A stretch of DNA of 64,000 bases from the human T2T-CHM13v2.0 reference genome, Homo sapiens. How positions within the stretch are numbered: position 1 is the first letter of the stretch; each line of letters begins with the position of its first letter. This document shows positions 1-14,952 of the stretch, piece after piece. The notes under the pieces are model-generated. The model was given only the letters and a program-made list of their open reading frames with translations. It made no database searches and had not been told where the DNA came from. Location of the stretch: contig CP086569.2 of assembly GCA_009914755.4 (NCBI GenBank), positions 5,568,001 through 5,632,000 of the forward strand, in the 5' to 3' direction. The position numbers and the translations under genes are program-made.

Positions 1-824
1 TCCTTCACTTCCCTTTTAACCCCTAGTCAGAGCATTTCAGCTGTTGTTTGCTACTTAATTCCTCCCATGTTGGACAGAGGCTGGGGGCAGTGCCAGCCTG
101 ATTCTTCCCACCTACCTGCCATCTGTTCCCACCTTCAGATGGATGGACAGTTTGCTGGCTGTTGATAGGAGTGGGGACTGGACAGGGTCTTCACCCTCTA
201 CCAAGGGCTGGGCTGATCCCCCTACTACAACTAGTTGTTGCCCCCCCACCCCCAGTTGAGGAGTTGACAGGGTGCAGGCTGGGGTCAGGACAGGCTGTGG
301 ATGCTTGTGTCTATAGGGAGTTACTCCAACCCACCTATTCTGTCTAATCCCCCATGCCTTTGCACCAAGGCCTCTACCCTTCCAATTGGGAGGGAACTAT
401 TCACCACCCTGTGGCAAGGGACAACATCCTAAGGCTGGTGCCAATAGTTATGAGTAGCCTACCACCCCCTTCCCCTACAGTAACCTCCACCCCTTCAGGA
501 TGAGTCAAGGGAAAGTACTGGAGCCGCTGGGTATGAAAAGAAAGGAGGGAAAAATCATAAAAGGAATATGAAGGTTTGTAAATAGTCCACGATGATGTCA
601 TGGCAGAGTCTGATTTCTATATAGAGGTAACTTAAAAAAAAATACTGTGCAAGATCTGTTCTTCTAGAGTGTGGGAAATGGCTTGCGGAGGGTGGCCCCC
701 AGCCTAGAAAGACTATTGTGCTATTTGTTCAATTTCAATAAAATGATTTATAGATCCTGAAAATAAATAAATGAATAAAATAGACTTCTTATGTCATTTT
801 TGACTTGATTTTTGTCAAGATCTT

Positions 825-932
825 TTATGTATACATATAAAGTATATATGTATAAATATGAATATATATGTGAGTGTATTTGTGTATGTGTGTGTATATA
901 TATATATATACACAAATATACATACATATCTA
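825..932. repeat. Compound (TA)n/(TG)n/(CA)n simple repeat
   Basis: Runs of tatatatg, tgtgtgtg, tatatatatata and catacatat are seen directly. Confidence 0.8.
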
Positions 933-1008
933 AAAATTGTGTGAAATTTTTATCCCACTAAAGACACCACATTTATTTTACCAACATTTCAATGAAAGTA
1001 TGTATCAA

Positions 1009-1304
1009 GCTGGGCTCAGTGACTCATGCCTGTAATCCCAGCACTTTGGGAGGCCGAGGTGGGTGGATCACGAGGTCAGGAGTTCAATACCAACCTAGCC
1101 AAGATGGTGAAATCCCGTCTCTACTAAGAATACAAAAAAATTAGCCGGGCGTGGTGGCAGGCACCTGCAATCCCAGCTATTCAGGAGGCTGAAGCAGAGA
1201 ATTGCTTGAAACCAAGATGCAGAGGTTGCAGTGAGCCAAGATCATGCCACTGCATTCCAGCCTGGGCGACAGAGTGAGACTTGGTCAAAAAAAAAAAAAA
1301 AAAA
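1009..1304 (+). mobile_element. Alu SINE (AluS-like), full length with poly-A tail
   Basis: Canonical Alu dimer sequence (gctgggc..cctgtaatcccagcactttgggaggccgagg..), A-rich linker and poly-A 1287-1304. A flanking direct repeat gaaagtatg(t/c)atca is seen. Confidence 0.9.
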
Positions 1305-3131
1305 GAGAGAGAAAGTATGCATCAGATTCAAAAATGGGAGCTTGGATTGCCTCATGTACTGGTTGGGGGCTGGCTGCTGAGGTATTTGGCTCTTATAATT
1401 TATAATGAACATATGTGTACAGGTGTTTGTATGGACATATGTTGTCATTTCTATTGAATGCCTGAAAGTGGAATTGCTGGAATCAAGGATCCTACCATAA
1501 TTACTCAGCATATATTTTTATAGAGTCTTCTGGTGGATTTGAGCAAGATGGCCGAGTAGACTCAGCCAGGTGGAATAGATGCCACAGAGGGCTGGGGATG
1601 ACTGGCGCACTCCTAACAGATATTCAGAGGGGAAGGCACTGACAGTGGATGGAGGAAAGACACAGAAGCTAGCCTGAAGTGGGAGGAAGCTGGGAATCCT
1701 GCATAGTGCTACCAAAGACAGGGACTCATTCTGGGCTCCCAGTGACTCTGGGGCAGCCAATGACTTGAACTGCCAAGGAGCAGCCCACTCTCCCCATAGA
1801 CTTTTGGAATCCTGGCAGGAAGAGACCCTTCTGCAACTATAGACACTTGAGTTGGCAGAGAAAGCTGCTTAGAGAAATGGTAGGGGCAGAACTTCAGCCA
1901 GTGCAGAGCCCACAGGGTTTTGTGTGGGAGCATCTGTAGTGGAGCATGGCCAGGGATGTCCATCCCTCACAGGCTCAACTTGTTTCCATAGAAGACTTTA
2001 GCACTGGGAGAGCTGTCAAACCTAAATTCTGTCGAGCAGTCTTGCCCATTAGACAGAACGAGTCTGGCCTGAGCATCCCTTGTTATACTGGCTGCTACTG
2101 AGGCCCCAGCTTGGTAATGCCTGCTTGCAGGGCAGCCTTGGGTGCCCAGGGTTTCTGCATCATAGCTTCTGCACTGGTGGATTATGCCTGGCTGGCAGAG
2201 ATCTCCAGTGGGAGAGCCTCACAGCCATGCACCAGCCCGCCGGATCACTCCCCATAGTACAGCTTTCTCCAGGCCCACCGCAATCCTCCACATCCCTTTG
2301 CCAGTGTGTGCATGCATAGGGTTTACCTTCCCTGTCCCACCAGCACGCATGTGAGTGTGTACCCTGCCCTAGCTCTGCTGCTACCTGAAGTGCACCCCAT
2401 TCCCCTGTCCCACCATTGCATCAAGACCTTGGCGGGCACAGAGCATCCCAGGCCTGCTCCAGCCAACAAGCTGCCATTGTGGCAACACTGTGCCTGAGTG
2501 AAACTAGGCACCAAGAGCAGTGGGCCCTTCTCCACCCTGAGCAATCACAGAAGGTGCACACAGAACTGCGTCTGCAAGTGCCCCAACACCCTGTTAACAT
2601 CATCTCCAGTGTGACCATTCACACAGTAGACAATGGGAGTTCCTTGCCATCCCAGAGCCATGCTGCCTTTGCTGCTGCTGTGAATGCCCATGGGGAGACA
2701 AATGCCCTTGAACCCATTAGCACCCTGCTGCAGATCATGATTATGCATTTTGCTGCCCTGCCACTACTGCTGGCACATATGAACAAGAGTGAATTTTACT
2801 GCCACCACCCTATGAAATGCTTTGGCTGGCATCACCCATCAGCGTGTAGTGACCAGTGGTCCAGAAGCACATTGGCTCCCCCTAGTGCAGCAGGCTTCTA
2901 AACTCCAGGAGCCAGAGAAATAAATCAGGGCATGATACAAGTACCCAAGGTTTAGAACACATAAGCCAAGAGTTGGGAGCTGAGTTTTGGCCCCCTAAAG
3001 TCTTCCAGAAATGTGACCAGCAGACTGAATCCATTTTATACAATTAAACCCTCAAAGACATCAAAAAAGATAAAAGAAAAAAAATCGGAAGAATAGCAAC
3101 TTCAAAGATTAAAGGAGCATCAACCCACAAA

Positions 3132-4140
3132 GATGAGAAAGAACCAGCACAAGAACTCTGACAACTTAAAAAGTCAGACTGCCTTCTTTCCTATAAACAA
3201 CTGCATTAATCCTCCAGCAAGGGTTCTGAACTGAGCTGAGATAGCTGAAATGACAGAAATAGAATTCAAAATGTAGATAGAAATGGAGATAACAATGTGC
3301 AGCAGTATGTTAAAACACAATACAAAGAAGCTAAGAATCACAATAAAACAATACAAGAGCGGACAGACAAAATACGCAGTATAGAAAAGAATGCAACCAC
3401 CCTGATAGTGTTGAAAACATTCTACATGAATTTCATAATGCAGTTGCAAATTTTAACAGCAGAATAGACCAAGCTGAGGAGGAGAGAATCTCAGAGCTTA
3501 AAGACAGGCTTTCTGAAATAAGACACTCAGACAAGAATGGAGGAAAAAAATGAAATGGAACAAACAAAACCTCTGACAAATATAGGATTATGTAAAGAGA
3601 TCAAATGTACTACTCATTGGTGCCCCTGAAAGAGATTGAGAGAATGGAAGCAACTTGGAAAACATATTTCAAGATGTCATCCATGAGAACTTCCCCAGCC
3701 TGGCTAGAGAGGCTGACATTCAAATTCAGTAAAGGCAGAGAATGCCAGTAAGGTACTTCATTAGAAGTTCATTCCCAACACACATAATCTCCAGATTCCC
3801 CAAAGTCAAAATGAAAGAAAAAATGTTAAATCTAGCTAGAAAGTTCAGTTCACCTACAAAGAGAAGTCCATCAGACTAATGACACAACTCTCAGTAGAAA
3901 CTCTACAAGCCCAAAGAAATTAAGGGGAAAAAATTCAACATTCCTAAATAAAAGACATTCTAATCAATAATTTTATATCTGGCCAAACTAAGCTTCATAA
4001 GCAAAGGAGAAATAAGATCCTTTTCAGAAAAGCAAATGCTGAGGGAATTCTTTACCATGAGACCTGCCTTACAAGAGCTCCTGAAAGAAGTAACAACTAT
4101 GGAAAGGAGAAATCACTACAGTCACTACAAAAACACACTT
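3132..4140 (+). pseudogene. L1 ORF1 remnant (RNA-binding protein p40), disrupted by stops and frameshifts
   Basis: The translation is similar to the L1 ORF1p consensus (..QEIWDYVKRSN..LIG.PE..EN..NLENIFQD.IHENFP.LAR..DIQIQ) but is broken into short ORFs. Confidence 0.6.
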
Positions 4141-4212
4141 AAATACATAGAACACTAACAGTATAAAGCAACCACACAAACAAGTCTGCATAATAACCAG
4201 CTAACATCTTAA

Positions 4213-7200
4213 TGACAGGATCAAATCCACAAATATCAATGCTAACCTTGAATGTAAATAGACTAAATGCCCAAATTAAATAGCACAGAGTGGTAAACTG
4301 GATAAAGCACCAAGATCCAATGGTATGTGGTCTTCAAGAGACCCATCTCACACCCTTAGGTTCAAAACAAAGAGGTGGGAAAAACTAGCAAGCAAATGAA
4401 GAACCAAAAAGCAGGGGTAGGCATCTTAACATCTGAAAAAATAATCTAAACTCAAAAAGATAAAAAAAGACACAGGAGAGCATTACATAATAGTAAAGTG
4501 TTTAGTTCAACAAGAAGACTTAACTATTTTAAATATATAAGCACCCAACATAGGAGTACCTAGATTCATAAAAAAAGTTCTTAGCAACCTACAAAGGGAC
4601 AGACTGCCACACAATAATAGTGGGAGACTTTAACAGCCCACTGATAATATTAGACAGATCATTGAGACAGAAAATTAACAAAGATATTCAGGACCTGAAC
4701 TCAGCATGGGATCAAATGAACCTGACAGAACTTCCATCCAAAAACAATAGAATATACATTCTTCTCATCTGCACATCATATGTACTCTAAAATCGACTAC
4801 ACGATTGGACATAAAATAATCCTCAGCAAATGCAAAAGAATCAAAATCACACCAAACCCACTCTCAGACCACAGTGCAATAAAAATAGAATTCAAGACTA
4901 AGAAAATCACTAAAAACTATACAATGACATGAAAATTAAACAACCTGCTCCTGAATGATTTTGGAGTAAAGAAATTAAAGCAGAAATCAAGAAGTTCTAT
5001 GAAATTAATGAGAACAAAGATTCAACATAATAGAATATCTAGGACAAAGCTAAGACAGTATTAAGAGGGAAATATATAGCACTAAGTGCTCACATCAAAA
5101 TTTATAAAGATCTCAATTTAAAAACCTAACATCACAACTAAAAGAACTGGAAAACAAACAGCAAAGAAACCCCAAAGCTAGCAGAAGACAAAAAATAACC
5201 AAAATAAAATCTGAAAGACATTGAGATACAAAAACGATTCAAAAAATCAACAAATGCAGGCAGGAGTTTAAAAAAAATAATAAAAAAATAGATAGACCTC
5301 TAGATAAACTAAAAGAAGAAAAGAGAGAAGATCCAAAAAAAAAACAGAACTAGAAAATACAAAGGGGATATTACCACTAACCCCACAGAAATACAAATAA
5401 CCATCAGATAATATTATGAACACCTCTATGTACACAAACTAAAAAATCTAGAATACATAAATAAATTCCTGATTACATGTATTCTCCCAAGTCTGAAGCA
5501 GAAAGAAATTAAAGCCCTGAACAGAGCAATGATGAACACTGAAATTGAACCAGCAATAGTCTACCAACCAAAACAACCCAGTACCAGTTAGATTCACAGA
5601 AGAATTCTACCAAATGTACAAAGAAGAGCTGGTACTATTCTCACTGAAACTATTAAAAAAAATCTAAGGAGGAGGAATTCCTCTCTAACTCATTCTTTGA
5701 GGCCAGCATTATCCTAATACCAAAACCTGGCAGAGACATAACAACAACAACAACAACAAAAAACACTTCAGGTCAATATCCTTGATGAACATTGATACAA
5801 ATATCCTCAATGAGAGTACTGGCAAACTGAATCTAGCAGCACATCAAAAAGCTTATCCACCATGATCAAGCAGGCTTTGTATCTGGGATGCAAGGTTAGT
5901 TTAACATACGCAAATCAATAATGTGATTTGTCACTTAAACAGAACTAAAGACAAAAACTCAACAGGTGCAGAAATGCTTCTGATAAAATTCAATACCTCT
6001 TCATGTTAAAAACTCTCAATGAGTTAGGATTTGAAGAAACAAACCTCAAAATAATAAAAATCATCTATGAAAAACCCACAGCCAACATAATACTTAATAG
6101 GGAAAAGCTGAAAGCATTCCCTTTAAAAACTGGCACAAAACAAGGATGACCTCTCACTAATCCTATTCATCATAGTATTGGAAGTCCTGGCCAGTGTAAC
6201 CAGGCAAGAGAAAGAAATAAAGGGCATGCAAATAAAAAGAGAGAAAGTCAAACTATCCCTGTTTTTCAGGTGACATGATTAGATATCTAGAAAACCCCAT
6301 GGTCTCAGTCCCAAAGCGTATTAAGCTGATAAGAGAAACTTCAGCAAAGTCTCAGGGTACAAAATCAATGCACAAAAATTACTAGCATTCCTATACACCA
6401 ACAAGAGTCAAGCCGAGAGCCAAATCAGAAACGCAATTCAATTCACAATTGCCACAGAAAAATAAAATAGCAAGGAATACAGAAAACCAAGGAGATGAAA
6501 GAACTCTACAAAGAGAACTACAAAACACGTGTCAAAGAACTCAGAGATAACACAAACAAATGGAAAAACATTCCATTCTCATGTATAGAAAAAATCAGTA
6601 TCATTAAAATGTTCATACAGCCCAAACAATTTATAGGTTTAATTTTATTCCTATTAAACTGTCAATGAAATTTTTCACAGAACTAGAAAAAATGATTTTA
6701 AAATTTATATGAAACTAGAAAACATTCTGAGTAGCCGAGGAAATCCTAAACAAAAAGAACAAAGCTGAAGGCATCACACTACTTGACTTCAAACTGTACT
6801 ACAGGGCTACAACAACCAAAATAGCATGGGATGGGTACGAAAACAGACATAGAGCAATGGGACAGAATAGAGAGCCCAAAATTAAGGCCACACATCTACA
6901 ACTATCTCATCTTCTAGAAAGCTCATGAAACCAAGCAATGGGTAAAACACTCCCTATTCAATAATTGGAATAACTGGCTAGCTAGTTATATGCGGAAGAG
7001 TGAAACTGGATCCCATTCTTATGCTATATACAAAAATTAACTAAAGATGGATTGAAGACTTAAATGTAAAACTTAAAACTATAACAACCCTGGAAGACAA
7101 CCTAAGCAATACCATTCTGGATACAGAAATGGGCAAAGATTTTATGATAACGATGTCAAAAGCAATTGCAACAAAAGCAAAAACTGACAAATGGTATGTA

Positions 7201-7945
7201 ATTAAACTAAAGAGCTTCTGCACAGCCAAAGAAACTATCCACAGAGTAAACAGACATCCTACAGAATGGGACAAAATTATTTCAAACTATGCATCTGACA
7301 TTCAGCATCTATAAGAAACAAACAAATTTGCAATAGAAAAACAAACAATGCCATTAAAAAGTGGTCAAAGGACATGAAGAAACACTTTTCAAAACAAGAC
7401 AAACATGTTGCCAACAAGCATGTGAAACAAAGCTCATCACTGATTATTAGAGAAATTCAAATCAAAACCACAATGAGACATTATCTCACACCTGTCAGAG
7501 TGGCTATTATTAAAAGTCAAAAAATAACAGATGCAGGTAAAGTTGCAAAGAAAAAGGAATGGTTATACACATTGGCCATTCCTGAAAGACCTAACAACAG
7601 AACTAACAGTTGACCCAGCAATTCCATTACTGAGTATATACCCAAAAGAATATAAATCATTCTGTTATAAAGTCATATTCACATGTATGTTTATTGCAGA
7701 ACTATTCACAGTAGCAATGACATGGAATGAACCTAAATCCACATCAATGGTAGACTAGACTGGATAAAGAGCATGGGGTACATATACACCTTCGAGTACT
7801 ATGTAGCCACAAAAAAGAATGAGATTATGTCCTTTGCAGAAACATGGATGGAGCTGGAGGCTATTATCCTTAGAAGACTAATGGAGGAATAGAAAGCCAA
7901 ATACCATGTGTTCTCACCTATAAGTGGGTGCTAAATGATGAGAAC
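4213..7945 (+). pseudogene. L1 ORF2 remnant (endonuclease/reverse transcriptase), multiply disrupted
   Basis: Start MTGSNPQISMLTLNVNRLNAPIK matches the L1 ORF2 N-terminus. The downstream sequence is colinear with ORF2 but has no long open frame in the ORF track. Confidence 0.6.
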
Positions 7946-9227
7946 ACATGGACTCATAGAGGGGAACAACAGCCACTGGGGCCTACTGGAGGGTTGAGGG
8001 TGAAGGTGGGAGAAGATCAGGAAAAATAACTAATGGGTACCTGGCTTAATACCTGGGTGATGAAATAATATGTACAACAAACTCCCATGACATGAGCTCA
8101 CCTATATAACAAAACTGCACACATATCCCTGAACTTAAAATAAAAGTTAAAAAAAATGATAATGAAGTCCCAATGAACATATGCTCTGTAATATATTTTG
8201 CCAAGTCTAGCAGAGTTTCAGATTCAATAGTCAGATAAGATAGCTTTTGAAGTAATGTATTGAAAAATAGAAACAAAATAGAAAATCCTGAAATAATATT
8301 CACAACCTTAAGAAGAAAAAAATCATATTTAAAAATAAAAAACTCAAACTTTTTACCATAACAGTTGTACACCTTAATAGAAACCATGGTTTCTTAATTG
8401 TTTGGTGCACGGGTATATTTCTTATAAATATTTGGTTCCTTGATATTTTCTTAGGAAGTCTTATCAAACCATATGCATTTGTAAATAATTCAGAATTGCA
8501 TTAGATAGAACAAAAATATAGAACTGTCATACTTAGTTTATTTTTGTCAAGAAGAATAGAAATCCACTTAAATTATTTTAATAAATGATAAATGCCACAT
8601 ATGTTGGTAAAGGAAAGAGCAATTTTGTAGGATTGCAAAATCAATTGTATGACTGCATAACTGGAGATGAAATGCAATTTAGGAACTGAGAGTGCCCAAT
8701 CTTTTGGGATAATAATTGTCATATTTATCTCTTGGTGGCCTGTATTAAACATCTTTCATTCTGGCAATTCCTTTTCTCTTGTCTTTGCTTCTCCTGTACT
8801 TGTTACTACCAATGATTACTTCAGTCTTTACACAGTCCAACTTTTTTCTCTATATATTGTTTTCATAATACCTTTGTATTTACCACTTCTGCTTACTCAT
8901 AACTTGACTTCTCTATGAGTCACCTTCAGCCTTTCTTATTGCTAGCAACTGAAAGAGTCTTTCTCCATATTTAGTAGTTTGGCTACCTAGTTCATCACCT
9001 CTCATCTGATACAAATTTTTATGTCAGGCAACATTATAAGACATTGAAGACAGTGGAGATTGACTGCCTTTGAGCCAGGTGTTCCAGTCATAGGTTGAGT
9101 GTGGCCAGTAAAATGGTTAACAGGTTCCAGTGTATAACAGCCAAGACTTTTCTCCTTGAAAGGAGGCTGAGTGTAGAATAAGAATTATTTCCTCAGAAGG
9201 GGGTGTGTTATGGGTAGGAACCGACTT

Positions 9228-11636
9228 AAGAAATATTGTTCAAAAATTAAAAACAAAAATTATACGATCATCTCAGTAGATGCAGAAAAAGCATTTACAA
9301 ATCCAGCATCCATTTATGATTAAAACCCTCAGCAAAATCTGAAGGGACATATCTTCAGGTAAAAGAAAAAAAAAAAGCCATCTGTGACAAACCCACAGTC
9401 AACATTATAATGCAAGGGGAAAAGTTGAACGCATTCCCCATGGAACTGGAACAAGACAAGGATGCCCACTTTTACCACTTCTATTTGACATATTACTGGA
9501 AGTCCCAGCTAGAGCAATCAGACAAGAAAAAGAAATAAAGGGCCTTCAAATCGGTGAAGAGGAAGTCAAACCATCATTGTTAGTTGATGATATAATCCTA
9601 TCCGCAGAAAACCCTAAGGACTCATTAAAAAAGCTCCTAGGTCTGATTAATGAATTCAGTAATTTCAGGATACAAAATCTGTATACACAAATCAGTAGCT
9701 CTGCTATACACCAACAGCGACCAAACTGAGAATCAAACCAAGAACTCATTCCCTTTTACAATAGCTGAAAAAAAAAAAATTAAAATACTTAGGAATATAC
9801 CTAACCAAGGAAGTAAAAGACCTCTACAAAGAAAACTACAAAAACGCTACTGAAAGAAATCATAGATGATGCAAACAACTGGAAACACATCCCATGTCCA
9901 TGAACTGGTAGAATCAATATTGTGAAAATTACCATACTGCCAAAAGCAATATACAAATTCAATGCAATTCCCATCAAAATGCCATCATCATTCTTTACAG
10001 AACTAGAAAAAACAATCTTAAAATTCATATGGAACCAAAATGTGCCCACTTAGCCAAAGCAAGACTAGGCAAAAAGGACAAATCTGGAGGCATCACATTC
10101 CAGATGTCAAATTATACTACAAAGCTGTAGTTATCAAAACAGCATGGTACTGGTATAAAAATAAGCACTTAGACAAAGGAAACAGAATAGAGAACCCAGA
10201 AATAAAGCCCAATATTTACAGCCAACTGATCTTCAACAAAGCAAACAAAAACATAAAGTGGGAGAAGTACACCCTATTAAACAAATGGTGCTGAGATAAT
10301 ACACAAGTCACATTTAGAAGAATGAAATTGGATCCTCATCCCTCACATTATACAAAAATCAACTCATGATGGATCAAAGACTTAAATCTAAGACCTGAAA
10401 CCACAAAAATTCTAGAAGATAACATCAGAAAAGCGCTTCTAGACATGGACTTAGGCAAAGAGTTCATTACCAAGAACCAAAAAGAAATGCAATAGAAACA
10501 AAGATAAATAGATGAGACTTAATTAAAAGCTTCTTCACAGCAAAAAAAATAATAATAATAATAATCAGCAGGATTAACAGACAACCCAAAGAGTGGGAGA
10601 AAATGTATTCAAACTCTGTATGCAACAAAGAACTAGTATCCAGAATCTACAAGGAACTCAAACAAATCAACAAGACAAAAACCAAATAATCCCGTCAAAA
10701 GTGGGCATGAATAGACAGTTCTCAAAATGTAATGAAGACATGGAATCAACCTAAATGCTCATCAATGATAGAATGGATCAAGAGCATGGGGGTACATATA
10801 CACCATGAAATATTATGCAGCCATGAAAAGGGATGAGATCATGTCCTTCACAGGAACATGGATGGAATGGCCAAGAAACATCAAAAAAATGCTTAGCATC
10901 ACTAATGATCAGGGAAATGTAAATCAAAACTGCAATGAAATCCCACCTTACTCTTGCAGGAATAGCCATAATTAAAATGAAAAAAAATTGTAGATGTTGG
11001 TGTTGTTTTGGTGAAAAGAGAATACTTTTTTCACTGCTGGTGGGCATGTAAACTAGTACAACCACTATGGAAAACAGTATGGAAATGCCTTAAAGAACTA
11101 AAAGTAGATCTACCATTTGATCCAGCAATCCCAGAGAAAAAGAAGTCATTCCATGAAAAAGACACTTGCACCCGCATGTTTATAGCAGCACAATTTGCAA
11201 TTGCAAAAATATGGAACCAGCCAAAATGTCCATCAATCAACAAGCAGATAAAGAAAATGTAGAATATATATACCATGGAATACTACTCAGCCATAAAAAG
11301 GAAAGAAAGAATGCCATTCACCAAAACTTGGATGGAGTTGGAGACCATTATTCTAAGTGAAGTAACTCAGGACTGGAAAACCAAACATTGCATGTTCTGA
11401 CTTGTAAGTGGGAGCTCAAGCTATGAGGATGCAAAGGCATAAGAATGATACAATGGACTTTGGGGACTCAGGGGGAAGGGTTGGAAAGAGGTGAGGGACA
11501 AAAGACTACACATTGGGTACAGTGTATACTTCCTGGGTGCTGGATGCACCAAAATCTCTGAAATCACCACAGAAGAACTTATCCATGTAACCAAACACCA
11601 CCTGTTCCCCAAAAATTATTAAAATATATATATTTC
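9228..11636 (+). mobile_element. 5'-truncated L1 fragment (ORF2 3' half plus 3'UTR, L1PA-like tail) containing an out-of-order 143-bp patch at 10731-10873
   Basis: ..iisvdaekafdk.. region from about 9265. It ends cacctgttccccaaaaattattaaaa, typical of an L1PA 3' terminus. Confidence 0.85.
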
Positions 11637-12110
11637 AGAGGTGTCTTCAGCCTTTACATTTTCTCTTCAGTGTGTTTTATTCTGTAAGACTGGCTTTCTC
11701 TATAAATTGAAGAAAATATCCACCAATAGCTCTTATATTCTTATGTCTTTCTGACTAGAAAGAAAAAGACTCTTTACTGATACCTCCAGTTAGAAAAATC
11801 TCAAAAAAGGCTAGTTGTCTCAGTTCCATTTATGTGCCCATTCCTTGACTATGAATGATGCCTGTGGTAGTAGTAGTAGGGTCACATAAAACAAAGGCAA
11901 TTTCTATTCTGTCTATATAGCTAAAGTGGAGGGATGAGAAACAGTTCCTCAAAAGAAATGTGGAAAAACAAGGTAAACCATCAATATAATCTAAGAGTAC
12001 TGTAATAACTGAAGTTATGTATTAACATTTGTTCTTCTTATCCTGATCATTTGCACATTCATAACATGTTTATACACTAGTATGGATAGAAAATTTAACT
12101 TTTCTACCAT

Positions 12111-12600
12111 AAAGACACATGAATGTGTATGTTCATTGCAGAACTATTCACAATAATGAAGACATGGAATCAACCTAAATGCTCATCAATGATAGAATGG
12201 ATCAAGAGCATGGGGGTACATATATACCATGAAATATTATGCAGTCATGAAAAGGGATGAGATCATGTCCTTCACGGGAACATGGATGGAATGGTCATTA
12301 TCCTTACCAAACTAATGTAGGAATGGAAAACCAAATACTACATGTTCTCACATACAAGTGGGAGCTAAAAGATGAGAACACATGGACTCATAGAGGGGAA
12401 CAACAGACACTGGGTCCTACAAGAGGATGAAGGGTGGAAGAAAGTGAAGAATTAGAAAAAATAATTAATGGGTACTATGCTTAATACCTGTGTGATGAAA
12501 TGAATGATTTGTAGAACACACTTTCATGACATGAATTTACCTATATAATAAACCTGCACATGTACCCCTGAATGCAAAATGAAAGTTAAAAAAGAAAATA
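12111..12600 (+). mobile_element. Short 5'-truncated L1 3'-end fragment
   Basis: Sequence ..ttcattgcagaactattcacaataatgaagacatggaatcaacctaaatg.. through ..acctgcacatgtacccctgaatgcaaaatgaaagttaaaaaag. Confidence 0.85.
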
Positions 12601-13093
12601 ATTTATATCTTTACAAAATTGAGTCTTAGTATGCATGAGCATGAAGTATGCCTTCATTCATTTAGACCTTTGGGTTTTTTTCACACATACACTCAGTTTT
12701 TAACTAGATGTGTATACATGTTTTGTGTATCCATTTAATCACTGATGGACACGTGAGTTGTTTCCACATTTTGGCCACTGTGAATAATACTTTTAACGAC
12801 AAGGGTACACAAACATCTCTTCAAGTCATTGTTTTCAATTATTTGGGTATATACCCAAAATAAGGATTTGCTGTATTTTATGGCAATTTTATGTTGGATT
12901 TTTTAGGGGCCACCATATTATTTTACTTACCTGTTACACTATTTTCCATTTCCACCAACTATGTGGAAGAATTCCAATTTCTCTACATCCTTCCAAACTC
13001 TTGTTATTTTATGTTTTTGATGGTAGCTATGCTAATAGGTATGAAGTCGTATCTCATTGTGGTTTTGAATTGCATTTATCCAACAATTACTGA

Positions 13094-13618
<525 letters not shown>

Positions 13619-14306
13619 TAGTGGCACCACCCTAGTAGATTATCTCTGTGAGGACTGCACCCCTGCAGCAGGCTTCTGCCTACCAGGCTTTTCCATACAT
13701 CTTTTGAAATCTAAGCAAAGGTTGCCAAGCCTCCTTCATTCTTTGCACTCTGCATACCTGAAGGCTTAACACGATGTGGAAGCCACTAAAGCTTACAGCT
13801 TGCGTGCTCCAGAGTTGTGGCATGAAATGTACCTGGAGCCCTTTGAGCCGAGGCTACAGCCAGAGCATCCATGATGTAAGGAGCAGACTCCTGGCATGGG
13901 ACAAGGCAGTGGCACCCCAGGCCTGCCCCCCAAGACATTCAATCCTTCTGGGCCTCTGGGCCTATAATGGGAGGGGCTACCTGGAAGATCTCTGAAATGC
14001 CTTGGAGGCCCTTTTTTTTCACTGTCTTGGCTACCAGCACCGGCCTGTTTTTTCAGTCATGCAAATCTTTCTAACAAATGATTGCTCCACAGTGTGTTTG
14101 GATTCTTCCCCTGTAAAAGGTTTTTCTTTGCCACATGGCTAGGCGGCAAATTTTACAAACTTTAATGCTCTGCTTCCCATTTAAATATAAGTTCCAATTG
14201 TAGGTCATTTCTTTGCATTCATATCTGATCATAGGCTGTTAGAAGAAGCCAGGCTAATTCTTAAAATGCTGTGCAGCTTAGATATTTCTTCCGACAGATA
14301 CTCTAA

Positions 14307-14625
<319 letters not shown>

Positions 14626-14639
14626 CTAAATTATCACTC

Positions 14640-14952
14640 TTTTTTTTCTTTTCCTTCGAGACAGAGTCTCACTCTGTCGCCCAGGCTGGAGTGCAGTGGC
14701 GTGATCTCTGCTCTCTGCAACCTCCGCCTCCCAGGTTCAAATGATTTTCCTGCCTCAGCCTCCTGAGTAGCTGGGATTACAGGCGTGTGCCACCATGCCT
14801 GGCTAAATTTGTATTTTTGGTACTAAATTTGTATTTCTAGTAGAGACGGGGTTTCACCATGTTGGTCAGGATGGTCTCAAACTCCTGACCTCATGATCTG
14901 CCCTCCTTGGCCTCCCAAAGTGCAGGGATTACAGGTGTGAGCCACTGCACCC
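14640..14952 (-). mobile_element. Alu SINE (minus), second of a tandem pair
   Basis: Poly-T, then the reverse-complement Alu body. Preceded by ctaaattatcactc and followed by agttatcactc. Confidence 0.9.

Larger units (their letters stand above)
1520..8156 (+). mobile_element. Near-full-length old L1 LINE (L1PA-old/L1PB-like): 5'UTR, ORF1 and ORF2 remnants, 3'UTR
   Basis: 5'UTR motif agcaagatggccgagtag at 1541. ORF1-like translation MRKNQHKNSDN.. from 3132. ORF2 start MTGSNPQISMLTLNVNRL at 4213. Characteristic L1 3' end ..acctatataacaaaactgcacacatatccctgaacttaaaataaaagttaaaaaaaa. Confidence 0.9.

Noticed and set aside
2080-2901. Several 60-160-aa ORFs on both strands
   Set aside because: Located in the GC-rich 5'UTR of the L1 at 1520-8156. 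L1 5'UTRs routinely give spurious ORFs.
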